Positions 9,946 to 24,151 of a stretch of 64,000 bases of DNA are shown here, piece by piece (within the stretch, counting starts at the first letter, position 1; the number at the start of each line of letters is the position of its first letter). The notes beneath the pieces are model-generated. The model was not told the DNA's origin and ran no database searches. It saw only the letters and a list, made by a program, of their open reading frames with translations. This DNA comes from Lobosporangium transversale (taxonomy: Eukaryota), in the NCBI RefSeq assembly GCF_002105155.1, contig NW_019029012.1, positions 310,001 through 374,000 on the forward strand. The letters run 5' to 3'. Both the position numbers and the translations under genes were made by a program.

Positions 9946-12462
9946 ATGATCAATTCACATCACAATGCAGCATCCTCTTCTTCCCACCTGAACAGGCATA
10001 CGGAGGAATACTCACCTTTATGGAAAGGCCATCAACAGCCACCTCTCGGAGGTCCAGTAGTCTCAAGATCTAATCTTCGATACTCTGCCGTTTCACAATC
10101 CAATCCCGAATCACCTATAATAGACACAGATGTTGCTGAAAACAGACTACAGGATCTAGGCCGTTGTATGGATGGGGATCCATTCAGATCACCCATACCT
10201 TTACTCTACCTTTATGTAGTGCATGCTCTCTGGTAAGTCAGGTTTATAGATCCAGTTTTAAACGGCGTTAATCGCTTTTAATAACAAATAAAATTGATTA
10301 TTAAATAATAGTATTATTATTGATAGTACATTTGACGAACGCATGTATGAGTTTGCATCTTATTTTTTCATCATGGAGATTTTCAAAAATACGTTGTTGC
10401 CAATGTCCATCTATGGGTTTTCTACAACAGTAGCAGGCATCATACTGAGCACAACTGTCGGATCGTTCGTAGACACCACACCACGATTAAAAGGTGAAGT
10501 GGGCTTTTTTTTATTTTTTATTTTTTTCCACGTTATACACTTGTCTAGCGTTTTTTTCCTTATCTGTTGTGTCACGTTCTTTTTTTTAATTTTTCCGAAC
10601 TAGCGGTCCAGTCATTCCTCTTGACTCAGAAATTGACTACCATCCTCAGTGCCCTTGTATTTTGGGCACTCTTGACATGGTTTGATCCATCATCGGATAT
10701 TCATATTCCCGCTATAAAATCTACGAAAACAATAGTGGCAATATCAGAGCCTACCCTTTCGCTCTATCAAGGCTATTCCTTGTTTACCTTCTTGGTCATA
10801 GCGAGCGGAGTTTTGAAGCTCTCTGCACTTGGGTGGTCTATTTCAATTGAACGCGACTGGATCGTATCTCTCTGTCAATCCGATTCTGAAATGTTGACAA
10901 GTAAATAAATTCATATTCATCAATACATCAATAATAACTGGAAAAAAAAAAAAAAAAAAAAAAAAAGCGTTGATTTAGAAATGTCGTGTATTGATTTTCT
11001 CTCTCTCCCTTACTAGAAATCAACGTCTTCATGAAAAGGATTGACCTTGTTTGTAAACTGGTATCACCATTGGCGTTTGCCACGTTGCTCACTCTGCTCC
11101 AGAACCCGGGGTATTGTAGTCTAGTCATAGCAGCCTGGTGCATGTGTTCGTTTTGTCTAGAACTCGTGCTTGTAAGGCGGATCTGGTTTAATTCCCCCAT
11201 CCTGCGCCTACCACGATCCATTCGATCCCATCGTAATAATAATGTCCGAACACGTCGCGATCAAAAACATAAGAAGGCCAACAGCTATAGCAGTGTGGTC
11301 AACCCTCTCTTCACCACAGAATACAATCATGATGAAGTAGAGCCCCGACGAGATCTGCTTTCAGAAACAGAGTCTGAGATAGCACAGTCTTCAACCAGAA
11401 AAATTCACCCCTCACCTTCACTCTTTAGAAGAGGTATCCACTCCTTTCAGGACTATGCTCATCATGTCGTGTTCCTTGGTAAGGGAATGAAAAAAAGAAA
11501 AAACAAACTAAAGCTATGTTAAAGTCTTAATGTCTTCAATATCATAGGCATTGTCTGATTCCTTTTTTATTATTACTATTATTTTAGCTTCACTATCCTA
11601 TGCAATCATTTACATCAATTTGATGAGGTATGATCTGCCATTTTTCACCGTTCATTCCGTTCATTATTAGCTTGCAAAAAGTGATTCTTATTTTACTCGG
11701 ATCTTTTTTATAGTGTTTCGGGAACTATGATTGGGTATCTAAAGTGGCGTGGTTTGACTGCAAGTTCGATTGCTCTATTGAAGGGAGTCTGCACATGTTC
11801 TGAACTCTTGGGGACCATTCTTATGCCCATCACAAGCCGTTATATTGGCCTGATCCGTAGTGGAGCTTGGTCAATCTGGTTTGAGGTTGTCACACTGACA
11901 CCAGTGCTCCTTTCAATCTATTCGGATCATTTGCCTATCCAGGCGATGATCTTTGGTAAAGTAAAAAACAAAAAGAGAAAGAAACAAAGAGCATGGTGAA
12001 CTATCAAAATTGTCAACAATATCGTTTTTTTTTTTTTTTTTTTTTTTTTTCAATTTATTGAATTTATTTTTCCATTCTTTTCGTATGCGCATTTGTATAG
12101 CTGGTATGGCACTTTCTCGTGTCGGAGTATGGTCTTTTGATCTAGTGATCACTCAAATCATGCAAGAGTACGTTGAATCTGATGCTAACAACGCTGGTAT
12201 AATTAACGGCTGGCACTATTCCATGATGAGCCTATTTGAACTGATCCAGTTCATCTTGACCATGGTCTGGTCAGACCCACAGCAATATTTTATGCCTTGC
12301 ACACTCTCATTCGTTTGTGTCATCGTGGGTGCTGCCGTGTACTCTGCGTATGCCATGCGTATGCGTGGCCATCTGTTCCATTATCATCGGAATAATCTCA
12401 CTGCTCACATATCACCCGCTGTTGCAGTGAATGAGCAAAGAAGTGAAGATGATAGCAGATAA
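9946..12462 (+). CDS. Ferroportin (SLC40A1/FPN1 family) metal exporter, multi-exon
   Basis: Spliced HALCTFDERMYEFA, ISIERDWIV, MKRIDLVCKLVSPL and SRVGVWSFDLVITQIMQE are ferroportin-family signatures; multiple TM segments. Confidence 0.9.
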
Positions 12463-12600
12463 AGTAGATTTTGAATAAATCATCTTTATCTATTGTACAA
12501 AGGGGGGTTTTTTCTTCTTCTTCTTTTTTGTCTATTCTATGCCAAAACAGTATATCTATTGGATGCTTTCAGTTCATGAGGGTGTTTATCACTAATCCCA

Positions 12601-13658
12601 TTATCGCGCTCCAGGTGGCAGTACATCGCCACCGTGGCCCGACCATTGCTTTACATAGTCCATTACAGCTTCATACACTAGGAAATTAAGCGAGTGGATC
12701 GGCATGGCTCTGTAGCATGTGACACTCAGTCCTCGATACAGCCCGCGTACACCTTCGCGTCTGACAATATCTCGAGCACAATCAAATGCGCCAGAGTACT
12801 TTGGATTAGATACCAGAACCTCTTTCTGGACTACACTCTTGACAAGATCAATTGGGAAGACCACCAACCAAGAGAATACACCGCAGAGACCACCAGCAAA
12901 AAAGTGGACCATTGGTCCTGGACCTTTGAATTGAGCTGTCATCGGTGTTTCCGCCGATCCAGATGTAGGTTTCATGTCGTGGTGGGGTCTAATATGTTCA
13001 ATCGTTTCCGACATAAGTCGCTTGATGGTCTCATAGCTTGAAAAGTAGATACCTGTGCCCAACAGGTCTCTAGCGATATGCAGGTTGGCGCCCTTGTACA
13101 GTCCAGTCCAGCCCTTCTTTTGTACAATAGCCTTTGCAGTCTTCCAACTAGATGCTCCAGCCTCTTCTTTCGGTGGTATTCCATATTGGGAGACCGATCC
13201 ATGGGACTGCCTCTCTGCTCTCACAGCGGCCGCAGGCGACACAGCTGAACTTCCAGTTTTTTTGTCCATAGGCAATCCTTGTCTTAAAAGAGTATCGCCT
13301 GTCAATGCTGTAATCTCTGCCTCCTTCCTCGCATGCATCTCCATTAATTTCTCCAATTGTCGCTGCAGCTTCACAAGTTCCAGAGGACTGGACATCAAGG
13401 CAACGACTGTCCCTGCGACTGATCCTGAAATAAACGTAAGGCCAATTAGCGATGGTATCGTATTACCATGCATGGCGTCAGCATAACTCCTGACGTTTTG
13501 TTTAGTTCCCTCGTACACAGAGAAGGAAATGGATTTGATGATCGAGACCGTAATAAGAGGTGGGATCATACCTAAATCAATTATCAAATCAAAATCACAT
13601 CCAAGTTACTCTCTCTCTCTGTTTGCTCTAAAGAAAGTTTCTTTGATTCCGTCTATCC

Positions 13659-13689
<31 letters not shown>

Positions 13690-14580
13690 TTCTTATCATA
13701 CCTCGAAAGAATCCTCCCAGTCGCTCTTCTGCATATGTTTTTTTAACACAGTCCATAATAGAGTTGTATGAATGTGTCTGCATCCTTGTCTTGACAGAAT
13801 CAAACTACATCAGTTAAATAAAGAAATAGAGCACCGTTCATTTCAGTTATCGGTAAGGTAAAAATAAAAATAAAATTAACGACAATCCCTATTGCCATTT
13901 TTTATCCATCCAGCCACTCCTTCTTGTTTCCATCGTCTATATGAACATTTTGTCGAGATCCAAAAAATAAAAATAAAATAAAAAAAAAAAAAAAAAAACA
14001 TTCCTGATAGGAATTTCTTGTCCATTGACTTAATCAATTGATTGAGTGGCAAAGTTTAAAATTGACAGCATGGCAATAGTTGGTTTTGACTAGCACTCTT
14101 ACTTACAGGGAAGCCCGACAGCACACTGCATACAGCAGCGCTTGATGCTGCCAATACAGTTCTATTTTCTGAGTGATGATACCACAGATGAAGGAAAAAT
14201 CAAAAAAAAAAGGATCGGCGTGTAAAAGGTTAGTTGTTTTTTTTTTTTTTTTTTTTTTCACTCAAGGACAAATACAAACAGATCTTATAATTTCTTATTT
14301 TCATTAACCGAAGAGTGGTCCATAAAGTATTCATAAACATACTCCAAGCCCAATCCTGTGCTGCTTGATAGGTATGTGGTGTGATAGGGAAGAGATGTGA
14401 GACAGTGGAGGAGGTTGTTGTGGTTGGGATGTCGGTTTTTAGCTCGGAAGACAATCCCTCATCGGATCTCTTTTTATTATGGTTGAGGATGCTTTTGTTG
14501 TCTGGTGGAAGAGATACAGAGGAGGGTGATCTGTCCCCTGGCTGTAGAGCATCCTCTGTGATGGAGGATGCATGGACCAT
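12601..14580 (-). CDS. Mitochondrial carrier family (SLC25) protein, 4 exons
   Basis: Three Px[DE]xxK repeats: FP|FDSVKTRMQ, SPLELVKLQRQ and FPIDLVKSVVQ, with GFFRG/GLYKG/GLYRG motifs. Start inferred at ATG 14580. Confidence 0.9.
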
Positions 14581-14956
14581 TCTAAAAGTAATACTGTTGC
14601 TGGTCCGTTGCAGATGGGAAAGATAGTGTCAGTAATGGAAAAGGAAGACAAGACTGTGTGATGCGACAATCAGAATGGTAGAAAAGGGATGACATACACG
14701 CAAAGAGAAAGAGAGAGAGAAAGATAGAGACAGATGGGTGGCCAGGATTCGGAGAAACAGGTGATCTATTCCCCAGCCGTTCTGTATTTTGAAGTTCTGT
14801 GGGGAGCAATCGCCGATCCCGCTGGCAGTACCCATCCAACCACAGCCATGGATCTGAATAATCATGTCACATCTTTTTTTTAGTTCGTTGTTATTACAAT
14901 TGTTTATTGATATTTTCCGAGCAAGTGAAAAAAAAAAAAAAAAAAAAAAAAAATCT

Positions 14957-15990
14957 TCAACGCCGCCCGTTTGTTCGCTTCATCGATGGAGGTAGGATAG
15001 CTTCTTCTTCAGACGATGACGCCTCTTCTTCATCTTCTTCCTCTTCCTCTTCCTCCTCCTCTTCCTCATCGTCATCATCATCCTCACCATCCTCCGATTC
15101 ACTTTCACTTGAGCCACTTTCTTCACTTGTTCCTTCCTCGCCGGTCTCCTTTTCACTCTCCGAACTCGTCCCCTCTTCCGAGCTTGTCTCCTCTTCTGAT
15201 GATTCGTAGAATTTGTCCAACGATTGTGCACCTCGATCATACCGTGATCCCATACTGGGGCTAGCACTGCTGCTCATCTGATGTTGGCGATTCTGAGGAT
15301 AAAAGGAATCACTACCAAACCCAGTGCGATCATTCATATATCCAGGCGCCTCCATCGTGGCAGCTAACCTACGCACAGATGGGTCGGGTTGAGTTGTGGG
15401 CCAGTCCGGCAAAGGCTCATATCCAGCCACGACACGGTTCAGCACCAATGACATGGATCCGATCTTGTACTGCTCACGACCTTATTGTAACAGCAAAGTT
15501 AATAATCAATTAAAAAAAAAAAAAAAAAAAAAAAGTTAATAAACATAGTAAGAAAATAAATAATCTCAGGACTTGGAGATCGCCAGATCTACTTTACTCA
15601 CCATGTGAAGGGTTCTCGCGCTCTGGTGCAGGCTTTTCACTTAACAAGATAGCTTTAGCATGGTCGGAAAGATTGAGTGCCTTTTCATTATATTCAAAAC
15701 CGCCTGTATCACCATCGTCCTGATTGATATCATGTGATGTACCGTTTTCATGTTGTTCTGGCTCCAGATCCACATCTGTAGAAGCTAAAGCTGCAGTATT
15801 ATTTTGGGCGCCACCATAAACGAGTCCCCTGAGAAATCGAGCCCTATCACGGACAATGTAGTCGAGATCGTAGCGTGCCATGTTGAGAACGTATTGAAAC
15901 AGCAAGTTGATAGTTTTCGATGATGTTCCTTCTTGTGCTACCAGTTTTCCTCCAAGTGTTAGGATTTGAAGCTTGCTAGTTTCATTCTAG

Positions 15991-16025
<35 letters not shown>

Positions 16026-18346
16026 CGTTATTGTTGTTGTTGTTAGTGTTGTAAATAGAAGATTGTATCGTTTAGAATAAAAGTGCAATGATTGATGGAT
16101 CTCTTGACTGCTTCGTTGATGTATCCACATACCTCTGAGCAGAACGATTTGGCGGCTTTACGAAGCACATCTGGAGCTATGGTGGGTAGCTGTTCGCAAT
16201 GCTGTCCAACGAGCCAAAAAATGTTTGCGCGAGCCAATGATTCAGTGATATCATCCAAACCTCTTGCGAGTTGCGTAATAATGACCACGCTATCGCCCGG
16301 TCTCTGTTGAAGAAGGCGACGGATAGCGACAACGGACTCGGCAGCGACAGAATCTACATAAAAAATAAATCGAGATATAACAGTCGGTATTAGCATCCGA
16401 TTGCAGCTCTTCGATCCAGTGTATTGATCTGGGTATGCAGGTTATACTTGCCTGATTTGCTATATGAGAGCTTGAGAAGGCCACCGAGGCAGCTATGTGC
16501 CATCTCGGGTATATTTGATGCGCATCGACCAATTGCCTCGATCGCCTGTGTGACAAAATCCTTGTTCGAACTCTTGACATATTCTTGTAGCTCGCGCAAA
16601 ATAAACGTGATATTACTTTCAGTTGCAATCATTGTCAGAATATCCAATTTTAGATTGCGGATAAAAATCGGATCCGTAGAACGAACAAAGAAGTGTTGGT
16701 AAAACTGATCGAAAATGTAGGGTCGTTCACTGGCTATGGCAACAATGTTGTTGAGAACTACATATTGGATTTCCCGATGACTCCTTAACAATCGAATTAG
16801 TGGGCGTCCAATTTTATAACAATCTTCCGCCGGTGCTAAATGCATAAAAAGTTTAGCAACTGAAAGGACGACCTATTGCAGCAAGAGTAGCCTGTGTGTT
16901 AAAAAGAAGAAGTAATAAAGCTGACTTGGGAGCATAGATGCGGCTTCATAATTAGGCAACACATCTTACTTGACTGTTCCGACTCTGTAACAGTGGTAAT
17001 GCACATTTCAATAAGAAAGCGAGATCTGGGTCTATAGTATTGTTGCTATCGTCATCAGATGAATCATTGCTGTCGGAGGAGTGATGAGATATGTCTGAAT
17101 CATCGTCCGAATAAAACGATTTTACAACACTTTTCTCCTTTTTGGCGCGGATCGTAGGTGCGGATGTCTTTCCAATGGGATTAAGAAATTGTGTCCTGAA
17201 AGCCAGTAAGAAGAAATTGATAACGGTCATTAGTAGATAAATTGATTTAGTAGATCAAACATCATTGGCATCATTAGGATATGAAACGCTTCAGTTGATC
17301 AAATATTAAGCGCTCCATCGAAGACCTACCTTGAATAGCGCAGTAACAAGTCTATAGCTGTAATTTGACCCCACTCATCCATGTCTACTAGCATCCTGCA
17401 GAGCTTCCTATACTGAGGATGAATGAGGTCCAATCTATCAGGACAGACGTGGTTGAACGCCATGATGACACTGCCAATTGTGAACGTCGAGTTGTCGCCA
17501 AGCATTGTACTGATAATGTCGATCAAAGCTTCCTTTTGGGCTGGGTCTAATCTATTTTTTTTTTACATACAAAAACTATAAGATAAATATGGGTCCAGGA
17601 AAAAAAAAATAAAAATAAAAATAAAAATAAAAATAAAAATAAAAATAAAAATAAAAATAAAAATAAAAATAAAAATAAAAATAAAAAAAATAAAGGCGAC
17701 GAGTTGTCATGTTGTATGCTCATATTTCCTTTGCTTATATGGTCAACGTACTGATAACATTTTGGGATTGCATGAGCAGCTATCTTGCGGACATAGGGCG
17801 ACAGATCGGTAACACACTTTTTAATACCCAGCATGACAATAGGGCTAATGACGGGGACACGGATACCAGACATGACGCGTAGTGCCATGGCTCGGATAAG
17901 CTGATTTTTATCACTCAAATCCTTTTGAAATGTGTTGATGGATAACAATGCGAGATCCTGTTCCTGTTCTGCATAACGTAAGATGTAAATGTAGACCAAT
18001 TTGCGGACTTCCAAACTTGTAGATGCCACATTCTTGACTACATCAGGGAAAAACTCGGACACATCTCTACCCTTGGAGATCATCTATACGTGGTTTGTTG
18101 TCAGAGGACGATTTTTTTAAGAATCGAGAGTGTGAATGAGTTACAACATGGATGTAAAGTATTTGTCGAACTTATTCCAGATAACATCTTTCATCTATTG
18201 ATTGGTAGCTTTTACTCCGGGCTGAGAGAACTACGTACAGCGATCAACCGCTTCAAACCATCCAGTTTTTCTTTCTCATATTTTGAATCCAAGTTCTTGC
18301 GGATTTCTCTATTATATTAAAATGAACAGATATGTGTGAATGGCTT

Positions 18347-18379
<33 letters not shown>

Positions 18380-18587
18380 ACGCTAGAATATGTTGTCATG
18401 TTTCTGAGGCTAATATGGGGTGAGTTGTTGCTATTTACCTCATTTTGTCTTCGTTTGTGTCGAGAAAATGCGCTTGGTTCTCGAAGCGAAAGTCACGAGT
18501 ATTTTCCACTATGCCATCCTGAACTTTTTTAGAGAGTTTGACTGCGTTGGAAGTCAAGGTCTTGAGGTACGCGTCTACGTTATACAT
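14957..18587 (-). CDS. APL6: AP-3 adaptor complex beta subunit, multi-exon
   Basis: [59 protein letters not shown] and [16 protein letters not shown] motifs, followed by an acidic Ser/Glu hinge. Confidence 0.93.
17600..17691. repeat. (TAAAAA)n microsatellite, about 13 copies, in an AP-3 beta intron
   Basis: Tandem hexamer read directly. Confidence 0.9.
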
Positions 18588-19705
18588 GGTTGGTTGGAAC
18601 ACTAAGTATCCGTGATAGGAGGATGACAGAAACGGATGAGTATGCCACACGGGTAGAGAACGAAGAGACTGACCCTCCAAGAGCAAGAAAAGAAAGGAGA
18701 AGTTTAAAAATAAAGGTCAATTAACGTAATGTGTAATGTGGAATGTGCGATGCAAGTTTTTTTTGTTTCTGTTTCCTCAACTGGCAGGAGTGTTCTCTGT
18801 ATGCATTTCTACGTACGATATTTCTGTTGGACGAGCAGATCTACGTGTCTGTTCTAATCATTATAGCACGTGATAATATACCCTTAATTATAACCTTTTT
18901 TTTTGTTTGTTTTTTTTTTTCCCCCGTTGGTTTAGTGTGATGTGTGTCAGAAAAAAAATATTCAGACACCCTTCACAGGCTGGGGTCTAAAGAGTTTTGG
19001 CAACAACATAAAATAGGACCGACCCCCATCAGAACTTCATCCTTCTTTCCTTTTCTCCTCACCAATTTACAAGGTAATACCCATGCACCATTAACCCATG
19101 CACGCACCCCCCCCCCATTCCTTCGCACCCTCCTCCTATTTTTTTTTTTTTTTTTTTTTTTTCCATCCTTTTTAAATACTCTTATTTATAAGACACATTA
19201 CCCTTATTTCCACTTCATCTTTCTCTTTTTTAATCATCATACTTTTGTTAGTTCATGTTTATTTTATTTACTATAATATAATTGGGGAAGGGACGTGAAA
19301 AAGGGGAATACTAGGTTGCTTAACATAAACGCCATCCATGGACAATTAAGATGCTCCGTAGCAGTACTGGAAAGTTCGGGCGGATCGACCGACTGGCTAT
19401 GATCTAAGGAATTTCTCAACATCTCTTTCTGGACCAAAACCACAGCTCACAAGGAGCTATTATCTCATTGAACCCAGAACATCGGATTTGAAGAGGGGGG
19501 AGGAGGGAAGAGGGCAAATGAGAAAAGAGTGTATGATGTTACAGTTTTTTTGTTTTCCATGGGAGATTCTGGCGATGGGGAACGCTTCAAAAAAACTTTT
19601 TCCTCTCTCTTTCTTTTTAGCTTGAAAGTTATTCAATAAGGCTACACTACGAAACTTAACTGACAAGTGCATTTTTTTGCTTTTTTTTTTTTTTTATTAG
19701 ACACA

Positions 19706-20330
19706 ATGTCCGACGACGAGCAGCACAACGTCCAGTTCGAGGGTACCTCCTCCGGAGCCTCGTTGACCTTCCCCATGCAGTGCTCTGCCCTTCGCAAGAA
19801 CGGTCACGTTGTTATCAAGGGTCGTCCCTGCAAGATTGTCGACATGTCGACCTCAAAGACTGGCAAGCACGGTCACGCCAAGGTCCACTTGGTTGCCATC
19901 GATATCTTCACTGGCAAGAAGCTCGAGGATCTTTCTCCCTCCACCCACAACATGGATGTCCCCAACATCAAGCGTACTGAGTACACTCTCGTCAACATCG
20001 ACGATGGTTTCTTGAACCTTTTGGACGCTGATTCCAACCAGAAGGACGATGTTAAAGTTCCAGAGGGTGAACTCGGTGAGAGGATTGAGGCTGACTTTGA
20101 AGCTGGCAAGGACGTAAGTCAAGTTTTTTAATACCCTTTATCATCCCAAATCGAACATTCGCTATTCTCTTTTAATTCCTCAATTGACTTTTTTTTAACT
20201 TGTTTGGACTTGATCTTTAACCAATATACATATATATTTTTTTCTGCTTGCTTATTAGCTCCTTGTCACTGTTGTTGCTGCGATGGGTGAGGAGGCTGCC
20301 GTCTCTGTCAAGGAAGCTCCTAAGGCCTAA
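19706..20330 (+). CDS. HYP2: Translation factor eIF5A, exons 19706-20113 and 20259-20330; probable 5'-UTR intron ~19074-19700
   Basis: Hypusine motif [12 protein letters not shown], strong codon bias and in-frame GT-AG splice. Confidence 0.98.
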
Positions 20331-20766
20331 TTAAATTTTTGGCAGTAGTCCTTTTGAAGTGCATTTTCGCAAAGCATTTGTTATTCAATTAAAATAACTT
20401 TTGAAAAACATCCTCGAACTTTTGAAGTTGAATGTACTGTAAAAAGAAAAAGAAAAAGAAAAAAGAAAAGAATTATTCAGACAAGGGCTGCAATTCTGGC
20501 ACTCACTCTTAGTATGAGTATGAATATGAATATGCTCATTTTGTTTTTGTATAATACAATCAGATTTGTTGGTAAAGTGAAAGTATGCAGTACTTTTTTC
20601 TTTTTTTTTTTTCTTGTTGGTGACAAAATTGTGCGTGCAAAAAAACCAAAGAATTGGAGGGAATGATATTGACAAATAAAATGGGTTTCTAAGTAAATGA
20701 GATGAGAGGGTATAAAGGTGTTGATTTACAAAAAAGAAAAAAGATAAAAAAAAGAATCTAATCAAT

Positions 20767-23700
20767 CTATTCTGTTGATGTTGGTGGATTTGAAGGGATG
20801 CCTATGGGCTCAAACGCTGAAGACCCCATGGACAACGGTCGTTTCAGCTTGAAAGCTGCTCGAGCCAAAAGACTACTTGTGGGAGTTCGGCGTGTTGTAG
20901 GTCTAAGTATCCCAGAGGCGCTGCTATTGCTAATGATATCTTCCGAGACAGGGGTGCTTGATACAAGTGATCCCACAGTGGCTGTTTGGCTACTTGATGG
21001 GCCTGTAAAAGGTGAGGATGGAGATGATAATGGAGAGGACAACAGCGTCGTAGCAGAGGATGCTGCCATACTCGAGGAAGCAGAGGATGAAGCAGTGGCC
21101 ATGACTGGCAGAGAGGAAGTCCGATTGGCTGATGCTGGCCTCTCACGTTTATCCGCTTTAGGACTGAGTAGCATCGACAATCGGTTACCGATGGTCGACA
21201 GCGGCCGCTCGCGGTCACCGCCCTCAGATGCATACTTTCTGTTACGAGGACGAGTCAATGATGATGCTGCCGTCGACAGAGATGGTGGGACCTCTGAGGC
21301 AGGAGTAGTAACAGCGGTTGTGGTAGTGGAAAAATCGGATTGAAGGCTAGATTGATACTCAGCTTCCAGGGTTGGTAAGGAATCTAACGTCCTATTCGGC
21401 TGCTTCTTAGCTTCGCTTTTTTTTCTGTTATTGTTGTTCTCAGTAGAGGAAGATGATTGTGTTGATGGCGTGGGTGATTTGAGAGGAGGTGAGGTAATGG
21501 GACGCTTGCAAAACAAAAGCTTGACCCGTTCCATCTCTGTGTTCCAATGTGGCTGACAGAGTGTGTATTCGAGTGGAATGAACATTTCGTTCTTCTCAAT
21601 CATCTTGCCTCTCTTGACCCAAGAGTCAAAATATGGGCCATCGCAGAACGAACAAGCACGGGCGCTCTTGAGATACGATTTTAGATGTTGGGGAACCATC
21701 GGTGGAGTCGGTACATCATGACGGACCATGACTCTAGCTGCCAGCTCGAGAAGAGTGGGTGGGGAATGCAATGGTTGGTGCTCAAACTTCTTGACCAGCG
21801 GACATCCATCCAAGTTCAACCGTCTCAAAAACTGAAGCTTTCCAACCTCTGCAGGCAAAACAGTGATAGGATTGTTTGAGAGATCCAGATTGACAAGTCC
21901 CTTAATGAGTCCAATCTGAGACGGGAGGGATTCAAGGCGGTTGTCATCAAGGGAAAGCGCAGCAAGTTTGACCAATCCACCGATGCCTGCTGGAAGGGAC
22001 TCGAGCTGGTTATAGGACAGCTTGAGATCCACTAGCTTTGTCAAATGCATGATAGACTCTGGCAAACGGGTTAATCTGTTCTTGGAAAGGTCCAATAGGG
22101 TCAAGTTGCGAAGGAAGCCAATCTCTGCTGGAACTCTGCTGAGTTCGTTACAGCAACTGATTGATGGTATTGTTAAGGGTTGAGATGATATTGTTAATGG
22201 GGTAAAGATCCAATTTGGGGTCGCGTTCAGATCCATTGTCAGTAAGGACCGTGTAAGTTTCATTTAGTCCCAATAATTAAATTCGACACAGACAGTGATC
22301 GTCATTGGTGTAGGGAAGGAGGGAATTAGGTCGGTAATTAATCAAACAAGCGCCAAAAGATTTTTTAAAGTACAAAAAAAAAAAAAAAAAAAAAAAGCCA
22401 AGTGGTTAGTATATTTTATTGAAAGGCTATTGTCAAAGATCAAATAACGATAAGTACAATAAATAATCATAATAACAAATAATAAAAAACTTGCTTACAT
22501 TTGTACACATGTCGCAGAGGCTAAAAGGCGGATGTTGGACGATAATCTGACGATGCCATGTGAGCACAATCCAATGTTGGTCAGACTGGGCAATTCGGAG
22601 AATGGTATGGGGCTGAGATGTTCTAGTTCCTCGTCCAGAATCGAGTCAGTCTCACCACCACGACAGTTTTCTAGATGTAGTGTGTTTGCATCCCAAGACT
22701 CACTGAACTCCTCGTCTTCTTCCTGTAACCGTTGAAGTTCACGCTCAGTCATCTTCACTTCGTACGACAGCGTCCGCTTTGAAGATGGATGGGCTCGAAA
22801 ATCAGGTCTAATGGTCCTATTGTTTTGGGTGCTCCTCATCTGTATTTCATCACTCTTCTGCGATTGTTCTTGCATCTCCAGTAACTGTGAGCCGCTGACA
22901 AATAATGCAATTGAGTCTTGTTTTGTCAGCATTGGTGGGCGATGCAGATGTGGTTGAGGTTCTGGGTGTGAGGATTGGCAGGACGAGCTAAAAAAATTGT
23001 ACGGGTTCTGATTTGGTTGATCGGTGATCCTTAGAGTGGAGATCACATCCATTTCGCTCTCCTGCCCTATCTGAGTACGGCTTAACTGCATTGATTTTTG
23101 ATTCTGAACTGTGGATGGCTCAGTTGAAGTTATAGTTGCAGTAACAATATCAGTCTGGACTTGACCTGGACTGGTTGATAAGACAGATGAGCCTGGAGAG
23201 GCAGGTGTGGAGAGAGTTGTAATCTGTGCAGCTTGATCCATACTCCGGTGCTGTGCATGAACTGTATTCGCTTGCGAAGATGCAGATCTTGTTGCTGCTA
23301 TTGTTGTTGTAGTTACTGTAGCACCCACTGCTGTCCGCGATGCCACCGTTGTTCTCACACGTATTGAGGGTGTGCGAGCGGCTGTTTCATTTATATCAGA
23401 TTCAGGCACCGGACTGGTGGAAAAGATCGCAGCAGACCCTGCCCCTGTTCCAGATTCTGGAACAGTATGATGATAGTGTACACTTTCACTATGATTATGA
23501 CTTGTGTTACTACCATTTGCAGACTGAGAGGACAAAGATTCATATAGGTGTACACTAGTGGACAGGGGTAATGGTTGTGAGACCATTTCTGGGATGGAAG
23601 CGACAGATGAGGTGCCATCTTGGATGGGGAAGGGGGTGACTGAGGTGGTGTCTGGTGTTCTTAATAGACGAGGAGCGAGCCGTTTCCTCGAGACTGACGA

Positions 23701-23781
23701 AGTATTAAATGAGTGGTCTTTACGGGCATGAGTGTAGCCAAAAGGGAGTTTGGCATGGTCGCGTGAGAGAGTTGTGCCCAT
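20767..23781 (-). CDS. Leucine-rich repeat protein (LRRC58/SHOC2-like LRRs) with long S/T-rich N- and C-terminal regions, 2 exons (intron ~22158-22498)
   Basis: Repeated LxxLxLxxNxLxxLP units, then PPTLLELAARV and CSFCDGPYF..LCQPHW. Splice CAA AT|T TGC keeps the frame. Confidence 0.85.
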
Positions 23782-23808
23782 TATGAGGATAAGACAGAAT
23801 AAAATAAT

Positions 23809-23909
23809 AGAGAGGAGAGAGAGAGAGAAAGAGAGAGAGGAAAGAGAGAGAGAGGGAGAGAGAAAGAAAGAGAAGAGAGAAAGAGAAAGAGAAAGTGAGA
23901 GCGAGAGAA
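23809..23909. repeat. GA-rich purine tract (CT-rich on the sense strand) in the 5' region of the LRR gene
   Basis: Low-complexity (GA)n-like sequence read directly. Confidence 0.75.
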
Positions 23910-24117
23910 ATAAAGTAAATGAAATGAGGAGGGTAATGTAAGAAAGCGTCGGATCAGGGATGAAGATTATACATCAGTGAATAAAAGAGAGTGAAGAAGA
24001 GTGAGGACAAGAGTGAGAAGAGGAAAGAAAGACGGGGGGGCTGGAAGGATTAAAAAGACAATGGAAAAACACAATGCACAGGAACAAAATACAGGCACAG
24101 GGGAAAATGGAAAAAGG

Positions 24118-24151
<34 letters not shown>

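Noticed and set aside
14582..14839. 85-aa ORF ending just before the mitochondrial carrier ATG (possible uORF)
   Set aside because: No coding signature; TTTTAG|AATG could equally be a 5'-UTR splice acceptor. It cannot be supported from sequence alone.
20798..21343. 181-aa plus-strand ORF and similar antisense ORFs (e.g. 13055-13486, 49671-50114)
   Set aside because: Shadow ORFs opposite well-supported genes.
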